Source of the DNA: Eledone cirrhosa
Taxonomy: Eukaryota
NCBI GenBank assembly: GCA_964016885.1
Contig: OZ024740.1
Coordinates: 159,712,001 to 159,776,000 of the forward strand
DNA length: 64,000 bases
Reading direction: 5' to 3'
Shown in pieces: positions 39,531 to 53,200 of the stretch. The notes beneath the pieces are model-generated. The model saw only the letters and a list, made by a program, of their open reading frames with translations. It was not told where the DNA came from and searched no databases. The position numbers and the translations under genes were made by a program. How positions within the stretch are numbered: the stretch's first letter is position 1; each line of letters opens with the position of its first letter.

Positions 39531-42326
39531 AATCACTTCTTCCTTTTATAAATCTAAGAATTTAGACTAAGTGTGAAGAGAAGTTTGTTAAGAACACTTT
39601 TACAGGAACTTGACACTGTAACATTGAAAGCTTAGCAAATTTTGAAGTTGCTGTTGTGGTTATTGTTGTTGTTGTTGTTATTGTTGTTGTTGAACATAGT
39701 AACAATGTTGACATCATTTTTACTTGTCAAAGATAACTTTTGATCTCTTGTGTCTTTACATCATATTTATTTATTTGTTTATTTATTCATTTATTTATTT
39801 TATCATGTTTTTATTTAATTTTCTTTATTTACTTATTTTGTTAATTCTTAATTATATTTACTTTTTACTTTATTTATATATTCGTTTGTTTCTCTTTCTT
39901 TTTTGATTTTCTTACTGTTGTTGTCTTTGTTGCACTTGTTGTTGATGGTTGTGGTGGTGGTGGCATTGTTTATGTTGATGGTGGTAATTGTTTTGTTGGG
40001 GGTGGAGGTGATTATTATGGTTGAGTGGTTATTGGTGGTGGTGGTGGTTGTTATTTCTGGTGTTGTTGTTGGTGGTGATTGTAGTGATGATGGTTGTTGT
40101 TGTTATGGGTGGTGATAGTTATTGATGTTGTTGGAGTTTGTTGTTTTCATGGTTGTGATAGTTGTAACCGAAAATATTTGATCTCTGTCACTAATATAAC
40201 AATTTGAACAGAAAAGAAATACTTCACTTGATTGCTTACACACCATTAATCAAAGTCAAAAGAACCACACAGAATCATCTTATCCTATGTTCATCATTCT
40301 CCATGGACACTTATCTTTGATTTTGTTGTTGTTGCTGCTGTTGTCTTTGTTGTTGTTGTTGCTGTATTGGTGGTTGTTATTGTCTTTATTTTGTTGATGT
40401 TGTTATTGTTTACGTTGTATATTTAGCTTTGGTTTTATTTTATTTTATTTTTTTTTTTTTGTTTTTTTGTTGGATGAAACGTCCTATTTATAGAATATAA
40501 AGAATAAAAAAACACTTCTTAATAATAATAATAATAATAATTGTTTCTACTTTTGGCACAAGGCCAGCAATTACCCAGTGCACGGTACTTTATTTTATCG
40601 ACCATAATGGATATTGATAAAGATAGTAGCAATAATAATATTAATGGCTTTTAATTTAGGTGCAAATCCAGCAATTTGGGAGCAGGTGAAGTCAATTATA
40701 TCAATTCCAGTACTTTGCTGGTAGTTAATTTTATTGACTCTGGATGAGTGAAAGGCAATGTGGACCTTAGTGGGATTTGAACCAGAATGTAAAGGGTCAT
40801 AACTGGGTGCACACAACACTTGATCTTATACTTCATCCACTCCCCTATGATAGTAATAATAATGTTAATAATAATTTTGAACATAGCCACATAATCAAGA
40901 AATTTGTTGGGGAGAGTGGAGAAGCATATTTGATTATATTGACTTTAATAATTGACTGATACTTCACTTTATCAATCCAGTAGTATGAAATGCAAACTTG
41001 ACCTTGTTAATCCTTCTTCGGAAGATAGAATGAGAAATAGAAGAAATACAATGACATTATTCTATATACTATACATGCACCTTTGATGAGTTATAGTGTT
41101 TCTGGTCACTGTATACAATAATTTTCATTATTATTTTATAAACAAAATAATCAAAAGGAAGAAATGTAAATATTTTCTATGGGAGGAAAGCACGTGTGTG
41201 TATAGTTAACCATATTAAATGTGCATCGGCATAGTTTCTGCTACCAATTTTACTCACAAAGCATTGGTCAGCCTGAAACTTTTCAAAGGTGCTCATACAT
41301 CAGTACAATAAAAACTTGAAACTATGTTGATGCGAAGAGAACTCCTTAACCATGTCTGCACCTATAGCACATATCGGTAATGCAAGAATTTCATTGATTA
41401 TGTGTGTAGCATCCAGCTGCTACTACTACTACTCATTAGTGGAGCAATTAGAGATGTCTTCTATAGCACCAGTATAAATAGACTAATGTACCACTCATGT
41501 TTACTAGCGGTGGATGGAGTGTGTTATTCAATAAATTATTATTCTCTTTTGACAGATTTTGTTGACTTATACTAATGTAAGAAATCCTTTATTTTCTACA
41601 TCAATTTACTTCATTATAAAATTAAGAAAATACTATTTTTTATGAATTTTAAATTCAATTTTTTAAAAATATTTTCTAAATTTTCAATTTTTTAGCAGTA
41701 TTTTTTAAAATTTAGATTCATAAATATTATATAATTGTAAAAATTATATGCAAGTCTTTTAGGTGAATATAAAAGTAAAAATAAACACTGATTTGATTTA
41801 TTAGAATATTTCAATAAATAAATGCAGCTTAAACACATTTTTATTAAAATACCTTTGAAAATACTAGTTAAAATGTTCAAAGCAAGTAAGGTTAAATGAC
41901 GATTCAAATATAGATATAAAACACACAGAAGAGCATGAAAAACACACACATATATAGACATACATGAATACATATACATATATGAAAACATATGCACATA
42001 CGTAAAAGCACGCACACAGATACAGCATATACACACACTGTCACTCATGAATTCAGAAGATTTTCATTTTAATAGGAAATATTTTAAAATATGTGAAAAA
42101 TTACATATTTGCTATTTACTATTTTTTTTTTTATACTTTTGTTTTCACTTTAAGATTTCTTCAAGAAATTGAATCATGTAATTCGTATGATCTTCTAATA
42201 GAAAATTTCTTCAGAATAGCACAAAATGTGTGACAGATTTCTAATGGAGATGTTTAGTCCATTGAATCAATAAGAGCATGACTTAGATATTTTACTGTCA
42301 GCGGACAGAATAAAAAGCTATACATG

Positions 42327-42392
<66 letters not shown>

Positions 42393-42399
42393 TATATAA

Positions 42400-42437
<38 letters not shown>

Positions 42438-42839
42438 TTATATATATATATATATATAATATATATATAATATATATATATATACGCATATGTGTGGGCG
42501 TATAATTTGGTTGGCATTATGAAGGGCATCCACAAGCCAAAATACAGAACTGATTTATGTCTTATAACATGACAACCCCTTGTGTGGAAAATGAATGTTA
42601 AATAATGATGATGATGATACACAATTATGAAGTGTGTCCCTGCTGGATACATATCAACAACTGCATTTTCTGTTATAGACTTTAATGCATAATTATTCAT
42701 TGTCTGATGATGTCATGCCAGTTGTTCTTTTTAATTGCATAACTGCAATGCTCAAACTTAAATGAAATAAACATAAATATAATGATGAAATTGCACAAAC
42801 CAGTCTTAATATTTATTCATATATATATATATATGTAAA

Positions 42840-43975
42840 TGTAAATGTGGTTGGTGTTAGGAAGGGCATCCAGCCATAGAAAACCTGCCAGATAGTCCTA
42901 TATGAGCGAGACACGGTCACCCGACCAGCCTTGCCTCAAGTGGGACAACTCCCGTCTAACCCATGGAAAATGGACGTTAAACGAAGATGATGATGATGAT
43001 GATGATGATGATGATATCTTCATCATTATCATTTAGCATCCATCATCCACGCTAGCATGGGTTAGACGGGTTTGTCCCATTTAGAGGCAAGTTGGGTCAG
43101 GAGACTATGTCTCGTTCATATAATACTGTTTCTGGCTGGTTTGCTATGGCTGGATACCCTTCCTAATGCCAACCACATTTACTGTGTGTGCTGGGTACTT
43201 ATGCCGTGTCTTTTACATGACCCCTTTACAGTGTGGGCTAGATGTTTTATGGTACCTCCATAATATATATATATATATTTGTGTGTATATATGTATATCA
43301 TATACACACATTACATACACATATATATATATATATCATCAACATCATCGTTTAACAGTTATCTTCCACACTATCATGGGTAGGACAGGTTGATCCTTAG
43401 AGAGAAATTTAGGTCAGAAGACTATATTTAGCTCACCTGAGGCAGATTTTGACTTGGTTTCTACAGCTGGGTGCTCTTCCTAACTCCAACCAAATTTACA
43501 GTGTGTGCTGTATACTTTTTGTCGTGTCACCTACACAACCACATTACAGTGTGGACTGGGCACTATTTGTTGTATTGCCGACATGACCACTTTGCAGTGG
43601 GAGCTGGACAAACACACACGTGTGTGCGTGTATGTGTGTATAAAAAACTCAGCCAAAATAAGCAAGGTACAGTGTACAAAACTGTCCAGACCTGCCTTAT
43701 GAGTGGAGCCACCTAGTTCTACACTGTAAATGTGATTGGTGTTAGGAAGGGCATCTGGCAGCTGTAAAAACCCAGCTAAAATGTGGTCTCATATGAGCAA
43801 GGTTTGGTGCAGTCAAATGGCCAGACATGTCTCATAACAGGTTCACTCAGCTCCCAAAATACAGTTCTATTTGAGCAAGGTATGGCAAAGCCAACTTACC
43901 AGACTTGCCTTATAATGTGGACGACCCATCTAACCCATGCAAGAGTGCAAATATAAGACATTAAATGGTGATGAT
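42840..43975. mobile_element. Cluster of RTE-3'UTR/SINE-tail fragments in both orientations
   Basis: Repeated ggtgttaggaagggcatccag...tctaacccatg...gacgttaaacgatgat motif (+ at ~42840 and ~43720; - at ~43020 and ~43335). Confidence 0.75.
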
Positions 43976-43999
43976 TAATATGATATATATACATAGGGC

Positions 44000-44180
44000 G
44001 CTGGATTTCAAAATCGCTAGAGCGTTGAACAATATGCTTTGCAGCATAGTTATGACCCTTTACGTTCTGAATTCAAATGTCGCTGAGGTTAATTTTGCCT
44101 TTCTTCTTGACGGGGCCGATAAAATAAAGCACCAGTAATGCACTGGGTAATTGCAGGCCTTGTGCCAATAGAAACAATAT
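44000..44180 (+). mobile_element. tRNA-SINE with Nin-like domain
   Basis: Matches 7012-7192. Confidence 0.7.
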
Positions 44181-44329
44181 GATATATACATACATATAAG
44201 GTGTGATAGTTTGCTTGAAGCATTGTTGGCTATGAATCTGAAAGGTGTGTTTGTTAGTATAGAAAGCCGTGTAATGCAAGTAGTTTTGATAACCAAGGTG
44301 ATAATCAGTAGGGACTAAGAAAGAAAGCA

Positions 44330-45160
44330 AAATAAAAGAAAGGCCAAATTAATGCAAGTTGCCATAGCAATTTATTATTCCAAAAATTGTTTGGATTAAC
44401 CATCCATTATCAAGGCAGTGGGAGCTGTAGTGGGGGCTACAGATTTTTCTTCTTGGTGGCTGTTTATTATTTATTTTTTAATTAAGGTTTGAGTTAGGTT
44501 TTGTTTGCACATGTGCAGAATAAGCACGTGCTGTTCATGTCTATATGTATCAGTTTACATGCATATGCAAGAGCATGTGTAAGCAAGTATATATATGCAG
44601 GATGGATCAAGCTAGATGAGCCACTGTACCTCTTTCTTTGCCATTCTATTCTTAGTGGGGGCTCAAGTTGTTTACTCAAGAAGGCCTGATTCTCAGGGTG
44701 CCTAAACTGTGGTGTAACTTTTTTTTCCTTGTTTTTGCATTTGAGGATGTGTCTGTGGAACAATGAGGAATTAGTTGTGATGTGTTCTTTTATTCTGAAG
44801 TGCAGTGGTTGAATAGTGTTGTCAATGTAGAATTCATTGCACATGCCATGTAATGACCTGTACACCATATAAGCATGCAGACAATAATTAGTGCTCCAGA
44901 TGGGGAAATTGCTTAGGGTGTACATGTTCTCTTCACTGCTTTTAGATAGGCATCTCTGTAGGGAAGGTCCCAAATGGGCCAAACTAATGTTAAGGCGTTC
45001 TCTCCAAATGACCCTGCATATGGTGTTGGTTGTGTCTTCGCTGAGGTGTGGAATACTGAAGAAGCAACTGTTGTCTGGGTTGGTCCTTGTTGTGGGTTTG
45101 GGATTCTGCCATGGGGTGGAGAAAGAGGCTGGATAGCTGTTAGTTTCTAACACCCTACAT
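44330..45160 (-). mobile_element. Degenerate Penelope-like element (canonical GIY-YIG type) 3' part
   Basis: ORF 44494-45153: NSYP...FFSIPHLSE...MVYR...CNEFYIDNT.QPLHFRIKEH...SSLFHRHILKC; possible decayed hammerhead near 44380-44420. Confidence 0.7.
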
Positions 45161-45572
45161 AACTGTCTAAGTAGAGCCAGCCATATTAGACTTACACTAT
45201 ATTTTTGGCGTAGTTTTCCAACTATATTTAAGATGCCTGATCACATTCATTATCCAAGGTAAGCCCAATATTATCCCGAAGAAGAATAAAATGGTACAGT
45301 GCTATATCAATGTTATTAGATTTTCACTCCTATATAATTATCTATTACTAAAAACATTAGCACAGTTTCCCTTATCTACTTATGTCAGCCTAATTTCAAA
45401 TCATAAACATCAGTTATTACCATAAGAAACACCATCATTTTGTTATCTTAATAGTGCCCTGTATTGCTGGGAGGTGGTAATTTGGATGAGTATGGTTGTG
45501 TATGTGAAATTTACATGCTTAATTGTGTGTGTATATGTATGCATATTTGTTTGTGTGTATGCGTATATACAG

Positions 45573-45627
<55 letters not shown>

Positions 45628-45664
45628 TACATATATATATATACACATATATACATATATATAT

Positions 45665-45709
<45 letters not shown>

Positions 45710-45715
45710 TATATA

Positions 45716-46370
45716 CATCATCATCATTATCATCATCATTTTACGTTCGCTTTTACTTGCTTGCAAGGGTGGGACGGGTCTTATTCAGCACAGCATCTCT
45801 CCACTCGTCACGGTCCCTCGTTATCTCCACCGTGAGCTTCAATGATCTGAGGTCTGTTCTCACCACCTCCGCCCATGTTTTTCGTGGTCTACCTCTACCA
45901 CGTCTTCCTTCAACTGGCAATTCCTGGCACTTCTTCACCCATCGGTCATCCTCCATGCACATCACATGTCCATACCACCTCAGTCTCCTCTCCCGTACAC
46001 TACATTCTATCCCTCTCAGATACAGTTTCTCTCTCAACACATTTATGCTGGGTCATTCACGCACATTTACACTGCACATCCAACGGAGCATGCTTGCCTC
46101 ATTTCTCTCCAGCCGTCGCATATCCTCTGCAGTTGCTGCCCATGTCTCACTACCATGCAGCATTGCGCTCCTCACACAGGCATCATACAACCGGCCTTTC
46201 GTACGCAGGGAGAAACCCTTCTTCGTCAACAGAGGAAGCAGCTCCCTAAACTTCTTCCAACCCATCCTTATTCTAGATACTATGGCCTTGGAACACCCCC
46301 CCTCCCATGCTAATCTGATCTCCAAGGTACCGGAAGCCATCCACCACTTCTATAGCGCCCTCTTGCATTA
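45716..46370 (-). mobile_element. 5'-truncated RTE LINE (second family, short 3' UTR)
   Basis: GWKKFRELLPLL..LYDACVRSAMLHGSETW..LRWYGHV..GRPRKTW; (GAT)n tail; flanked by (TA)n. Confidence 0.9.
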
Positions 46371-46375
46371 CATGT

Positions 46376-46406
<31 letters not shown>

Positions 46407-46829
46407 CACACACACATATACATATATATATGTATATATATAAATACATGTATATATATATGTCTATGATTAACATCATCGTCATTTTATCATCTGCTTT
46501 CCCAAGGCTGCTGATCTCCCAGATAAACCAGGGATCTGTCCTCACATTTATGTATGGCATCATGTTCTACTGAATGCACAGGAGAGATCTGTGTTTTGCT
46601 TTTGTGGGAGCCTACACAAGGAACAGCTAGCAAGTTTTGTGACAACATAAACTCCAATTCCTCTGACCTGGATGTTGACAGAGAGTTGAGGGAATTCGTG
46701 CAAACAGTGAAGCCTATTTTGTGTGTATATATAAGTGTTGAAGTTTCCGTTTAAGAAGTCAGAGGAATGAAGAGTGCTCTATGTAAGTTACAGAGCTAAA
46801 TTTGTAATGTATAATAAGCAATACAATGT

Positions 46830-46907
46830 AATTACCTCATTACCAGAGGTTTCCCGAATAAGACGGATACAAGAAATGTCCACATTCGTTCGTCAGACAA
46901 GGCAATT
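46830..46907 (-). ncRNA. Type I hammerhead ribozyme in a short PLE-like terminus (46732-46907) between TA tracts
   Basis: Minus: aattgccttgt-CTGACGA-a-cgaat...attcg-g-GAAA-cc-tct-gg-TA-atgaggtaatt; 11-bp stem I; GUA triplet; base of stem II mismatched. Confidence 0.7.
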
Positions 46908-47372
46908 ATAAATATATATATATATATACAGAGAGAGAGAGAGTAATAAAGTATGAAGACCAAAATCCAAAGAGAGCTCAATAAGGATTGTATATATATA
47001 AGATATATATATATATAAGCCCGCAGAGAAAATATTAAGTATTAGTTACAGATTAAATTTAAGCAAAGAATTGGTGATTTTCAGAAGATCCCGTAATAGG
47101 GTGAAAGCAGCTATTCTTTGCTTAAACTTTAATCTATACTAATAATATATGTATATATAATTTAACTACCAGCTTGTATAATTCACGTATCTATTTGAGT
47201 AATATTACTATGATAGTGTATATAAACTCATCAGTTAACTATTTCATCGTGTTTGTTTAGCTGATTCATATCTTTTGATGAGCACCCAAAATGGTTTTAA
47301 AATCGATTAAATATTTCTATATATATGCACAGACACACATGTGAAAAGATGAGGTTAAATGTATATTTTTAA

Positions 47373-47408
<36 letters not shown>

Positions 47409-48549
47409 GGTAGCATGGAAGATGGATGTTAAACAATGATTATAATGATGATATATATATAAGATCCATATGTACAAGACATAGTCACTTCACCTGACAT
47501 CTCTCATAATGTGACACCCTGTCTAAGTATGGAAAAATAGCCATTAAGTGATAGTGATCATGATATATATATTTGCAATCCTACAATCTGAGAAAATCTA
47601 ATTCCCCCATCTCCCTGTATATATATATATATATATATATATGGCTTTTCATCTTTTGCACTTCACCTTTTGTACATTATCAGTGTCACAAGCTGACAGT
47701 ATATGTGACAGTTGTATCAATGTACTTACTACCCTGACATTGACAGGGTATTAGGTGATATTTCAATAAAGAACATATGTAAACACATTTTCTTCACTTT
47801 TTACCACTAACGATTTCTCTCCTGTCTTTCTCTTTTTTTTTTTTGGTAGTGAAGGATTATTACCATTATTAGTGGATCTGTCTCATCAATAATGATAGCA
47901 ATAGCATTGAACATATTTAAACTTTGGAGTCCAGGATTGGTATGTTATACATACCAGAATTGCTGAATATATGAACAAAGATATAAACTAAGAAATTTGC
48001 ATCTTGATAAAGTAATAGTTTGCATAAGAGAAACCCTGTAATTTGTATTGATTACTGATATGTAGATATGATTAAAAATAAGAATTTATTTACAGGGTAT
48101 AATTACATAAATGTTCAGTATAAGTAACTTACAGGTTTCAATGTATGAGTAACTTTGGAGAAATAACTAATTCAGACACAAGTCTAAAAATTGTGGTCAT
48201 AGTGGATACGTGAAATCATCAACCCCCGTGCTTGACTGGCATTTTATCAAACCCCAAAAGATGAAATACCAAGTTGACTTCTATGCAATGTGAAGTGAAT
48301 CTTAACTAAATACCACAAATCATTTTGTTCAGTGCTCTAATTAATCTACCGGTCTACCACCCTAAATTTCCTACATAGGCACAAATTCCCTACATTTGTG
48401 GGGAAATGTGCAGTCAATTAAATTGACCCTAGTTTTTGACTAGTACTTTGATATTGGCCCCCTCCCCACATAATGTTAAAAAGCAAAAAGAACTAGAACA
48501 AACAGAATAAGGCATTTTGTTTGACATTCTAAATGTTCTGACAATTGAT

Positions 48550-48672
48550 AATAATAATAATTGTTTCTATGTTTGGCACAAGGCCAGCAAATACCCAGTG
48601 CATTACTGGTACTTTATTTTATCGATCCCTAAGGATGAAAGGCAGAGTTAACCTCGGCGGGATTTGAACTCA
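48550..48672 (-). mobile_element. Nin-like SINE 3' part
   Basis: Reverse complement of the 7080-7192 motif. Confidence 0.7.
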
Positions 48673-49583
48673 TTGATAATAATAATAATGAAATTATTGT
48701 GTACAGTGCTCAGGTGCACTACAACTTGATCATTATATTGATTTTGGTAGTCTGAAAAGACTGGCTGGTCCTGGCTAGAATGTCTTTGGTCATGAGATGG
48801 CTTGACTAGGCATACTTAGGGCCAATCACTAACAACAACAATAAAAAAAAGAAAAGGAAAGGAACCAATCATTAGATGAGACCAAAGAAAATATATTTGT
48901 ATTGATCTTACCATTGTTGATGCTATCAGCCAGTCACAAATCTTTGCAGAAAAAGGTGGGATTTGTACTCAAAATGTCCAGAGCTAGGGTAGACATCATA
49001 AACATCCTGTGTAATACTTTAGAGATTCTGACAATCCATCACCCTTGGACTGGTATTCTATTTATCAGCTCCAAAAGGATGTAAGACAAATTTGAACTCA
49101 GAGCACAGAGAGCTGGAACTAATATCTAAACATTTAACCCTTTTGACATCAAACTACTTGAAACTGATATGGATTTATGATATCAAACTGTTTAAAAAAT
49201 AATAATGAAAATATTGTGTACAGTGCTCAGGTGCACTACAACTCATCAATATACTCATGTATATATAAGTGTATCCATATAGATACACACATGTATATAT
49301 ATAAGTGTATTCATATAAATATATTCATGTATTTATGCATGTACTCATACAGATATAGTCATTTATATATAAGTAAACTCATAGAGATATGCTCATCTCT
49401 CTATAAGTATACTCATGTAAATATACTCTTATATATAAGTATACTCATGTAAATATACTCTTATATATAAGTATACTCATGTTAAAAATATATTCACCGA
49501 TGGTTCGTTTGTTACATTTTTACTTCTAGGTTTTCTATATTTGAAATACTTTTTTCTTACCTTCAATGTCCCCCCACCCACTA

Positions 49584-49931
49584 TCATCATCATCATCATC
49601 ATTTCATTTTACGTCCACTTTTTCCCTGCTTGCAAGGGTGGGACGGGAACTGATTCTGGCTTGATTTCTACAGCTGGATGCCCTTCCTAACGCCAACCTT
49701 ATTTACAGTGAGTGCTGGATGCTTTTTTTGACGTGGCACCTCCACGACCACTTTTCAGTGGAATGATATGGACCCCAGTCCCTATCATCTCATTTCTACA
49801 GCTGAGTAAACTGGAGCAATGTGAAATAAAGTGTCTTGCTCAAGGAAACAACACATCACCCGGTCTGAGAATTGAACTCTCAATCTTTCGATTGCAAGGC
49901 CAATGCTCTAACCACTAAGCCATGTGCCTCC
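49584..49931 (-). mobile_element. Complete tRNA-derived SINE with RTE-derived tail
   Basis: Minus: GGAGGCACA-TGGCTTAGTGG (A box)...GAGTTCAATTC (B box), conserved body gtttccttgagcaagacacttt, then RTE 3' UTR and (GAT)n. Confidence 0.88.
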
Positions 49932-49992
<61 letters not shown>

Positions 49993-50240
49993 TTTCTTTA
50001 TTAACCACAAGGGTTTACATAAAGTAGACATTAAGGACAGTGCAGGACAATGCAGGACGGTACAAATGGGCATTTCTGCGTGTAAAAAACAAAAACAGAA
50101 GATGTAACAAAAAATAACAATGAAAAATTCCCCAATAGGGGGGAGACTTCGGAGGGACATTTGTGGAGAAAGCCCAGTAAAAAGCCACAATGACCCTGAC
50201 CACCAAGGCAAGTGCCCTCTCCCAGTTTTCCACCTTTAAT

Positions 50241-53200
50241 TTACAGATATATGCTCAGAGTAGGCCCATTCACTCGGGCCATTCTTGCTTCTCTCACCCA
50301 TCTTTCAACAAAATGCTGGGAAGAGAGCACTTCCCTCTCTACTCTGATTTTCCTTTTCAAATGAAATTTGAAAAAGTCAATCAGAGCATCACCGAAGAGG
50401 TAAGTGCTTGTCTTCAGCCCTTTCAAACGTGTCCACCATACTATCTCTTTCGCCATGGCCACCAGGCAGATAAAAACTGCCTGCCCTTCCCGGCTAAAGG
50501 AGGAGGGCGGGGCAATCCTCACGATGGACTCAGATGATAGCCGGATCCGTCCTAAACGCGACAGCAGGTGTTCGACATAAACCCACAAGTCAGCAATTTT
50601 CGGACACTGGACGAGTGCGTGCAGGACGGTTTCGTCGCCCTGCGCGCATCTCGGACATGCCCGGCTGACGGCACCTCCATGCCTGTAGAGTTTATCCCGA
50701 ACTGGCAAGGCTCCTCGGTAGCACTGCCAGGCCAGAGATTTCTGGAAGTTGTCCATAGGCCCTGGCCCGAAAGTTCTTCCGAAGAGATTGGCTAGTTGAT
50801 TTTCGTCGACGCCTAGAGTTTCCCCAAGTACGTCGTCGCTCTTCCCCTCCACTAATCCTCTATAGAACGCCGAGGTGGAGTTTCCACCGATCACATTGCC
50901 CGATTGGTCGAGGGCTGTGAGCGCCTGAAGACATTCCAGTCTCCAGGCGCTCCCTCTCGGTCTTCGCTTGACCCAGGACTGCAGCTCCGTCAAGGAAACG
51001 AGCTGGGGAAACACGCGTCTAGCAAACGGCGACCACACCTGATCACCGTCGAGGAAGAGGTGGAGATGTCGTAGCCTGAGCGCGTGCCTGCGCATCATCA
51101 GCCACGGCATGCCCAGCCCTCCACGTAGCGGGTGTTGACAGCAGATGGACCGCCTGACCATCGGAGCGCGTCCCTTCCACAAAAAGGGAAAGAGCAAACG
51201 CTCCAGCACAGTCAGGCGAGGCTTAGGACAAGGTACGACGGTCAGGCGGTAGCAGATGACGGACGCGATGTACGCGTTAGCCACCTCCGCTCGACCTTTC
51301 AGGGATAGCTTCCTCTCGGCCCATTTCTGGGTGAGAGAAGCCACCCTGCTCGTCACCTCGTCCCAGTTTTTGTCCGTCTGGAGGTCCGGACCGAACCAGA
51401 CCCCTAGCAATTTAACCGGTCCGTCCGTCCAGCGTCCGACGACGCTGTTGGACGGCATGGACCTGCCTCTCCAGGTGCCGAGCTGCAGGCCCACTGACTT
51501 TTCCTGGTTGATCATTGCTCCTGTCACCGCTTCGTATTCTCTTAGTGTAGTGCCGATCGCCTCGATGTGTTTGGCGTTCGACACCACTATGGTGACATCG
51601 TCCGCATATGCTGATACGGATCTTCCGCATCCTAGTTCGCGCGGGACCCCCCTCAACGTCTCCAGTTTGTGCAGTAATGGCTCGAGAGTCAATACGTACA
51701 ATAGGGACGAGAGGGGACATCCTTGGAGGACCGAGCGCATGATGTTGAACGGTTCCGACAGGTGACCGTTCACTCTCACCACAGAGCAGATGTCGCTGTG
51801 CATGGCAGCGATCCAGCCTCTGAAGACGGGCCCAAAGCCAGCCGCCCTCAGGACTGCCGCTAGGTAACGATGGTCGACCCTATCGAAAGCTTTCGACTGA
51901 TCTAAATTGATCAAGGACCCACCCATGCCAGGTTCCCTAGCTACCCTCTCTACGATGTATCGCATGAGGTGGAGGTTGTCGTGGATGGATCTGTCGGGAA
52001 TGGCGCATGTCTGCGCCTCTCCCACCAGACCACCAACGACAAGCGCCAACCTCTTTGCTAGCACCTTGGCCAAAATCTTAAACTCTGTGTTTAGCAGAGT
52101 TATGGGCCGGAAATTGTCTATGTTATCCCCCTTGTTCGGATCCTTTCTCAGCAGTGCCACCGCTCCTCGGCTCACAGAACTGGGAATTCTCCCGTTCTGT
52201 TGCCAGTTGCAGTAGACGTCCGCCAAGAGGCCTCCGAACAAGTCTGGCATCTGTACGTAAAGTTCATAGGGCAGACCATCCAAACCAGGCGATTTACCCC
52301 TTGTGCAGCCAGTCATTGCCTCCCTTACTTCAGCGGCTGTTATCGGCTTTTCGCAACACTTCGCCTCAGTGGCCGAGAGCCGCGTCAGTCCGTCGAGGTA
52401 GACACTAAAGTCCATCCCTCTACCCGGCCCCCCGCTGCCCCCGAACAGCTGAGCGAAGTGTCGCTGAAAAGCTTCACACATTTGCCCGGGATCGAGTAGC
52501 ATGCGCCCGTCGTGGTCCACCAAAGACCGGATCGTGGCTTTGTTGCCACGACGCGCCTCCGCCACTCGGGCCCATTGAACGGCTTTCGTCCCCTCGTGTC
52601 TGAGAGCACGCACCCTAGCTCTGACAACGCAGCCTTCGTGCTTTGCATTGAAGAATTGGTCAAGGGCCAATTTCGCCGCAAGCACGTCGGTCGCAATGCC
52701 TTTGCTAAGCGCCTCGTCTAATTTTCTAACTAGTTCTCCCTCTGCTCTATTTTTCTCTATTGCTAAAGCCTTACTAAACCTAATCGATTCTATTCTAATC
52801 GCTCTTTTCAGAGCAAACCACCACTTGTTGTTGACGATGGCCCCCGTCAACGCCCGCTTAACTAGTTCGCTAATCCGGTCTCTGTAGGCCTTGCGCGCTG
52901 GTAAGGACGCGTTTAGCTTCCAGTAGCCGGGTCCTCGTCTATGAAGCCTATCTAAGTCAAGCACACAGATCACGAATTTGTGGTCCGTGTAGCTGACTAT
53001 CTTGAATTGTGGACAGCCTATGCTAGACCTATCTATTTCCCTACAAAATACTCTATCTAGATATGATCTGGATGACCCTATGCGGTTTGTCCAAGTCCAC
53101 ATTGGCACATTTGGGAAATCCAATCGGTACCTGTCAGACAGTTCAAAACGCCTGAGCAGGTTGGTGAGGCTCTTGCACCCTCCACCCCTATCCGCTAATC

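Noticed and set aside
41355-41550. Possible solo LTR (TATAAA and AATAAA present)
   Set aside because: No TG...CA boundaries or TSD identifiable
42695-42785. CTGATGA...GAAA hammerhead-like spacing
   Set aside because: Stems II and III could not be formed convincingly
49860-49931. tRNA gene
   Set aside because: A/B boxes run straight into a SINE body; no acceptor stem or terminator
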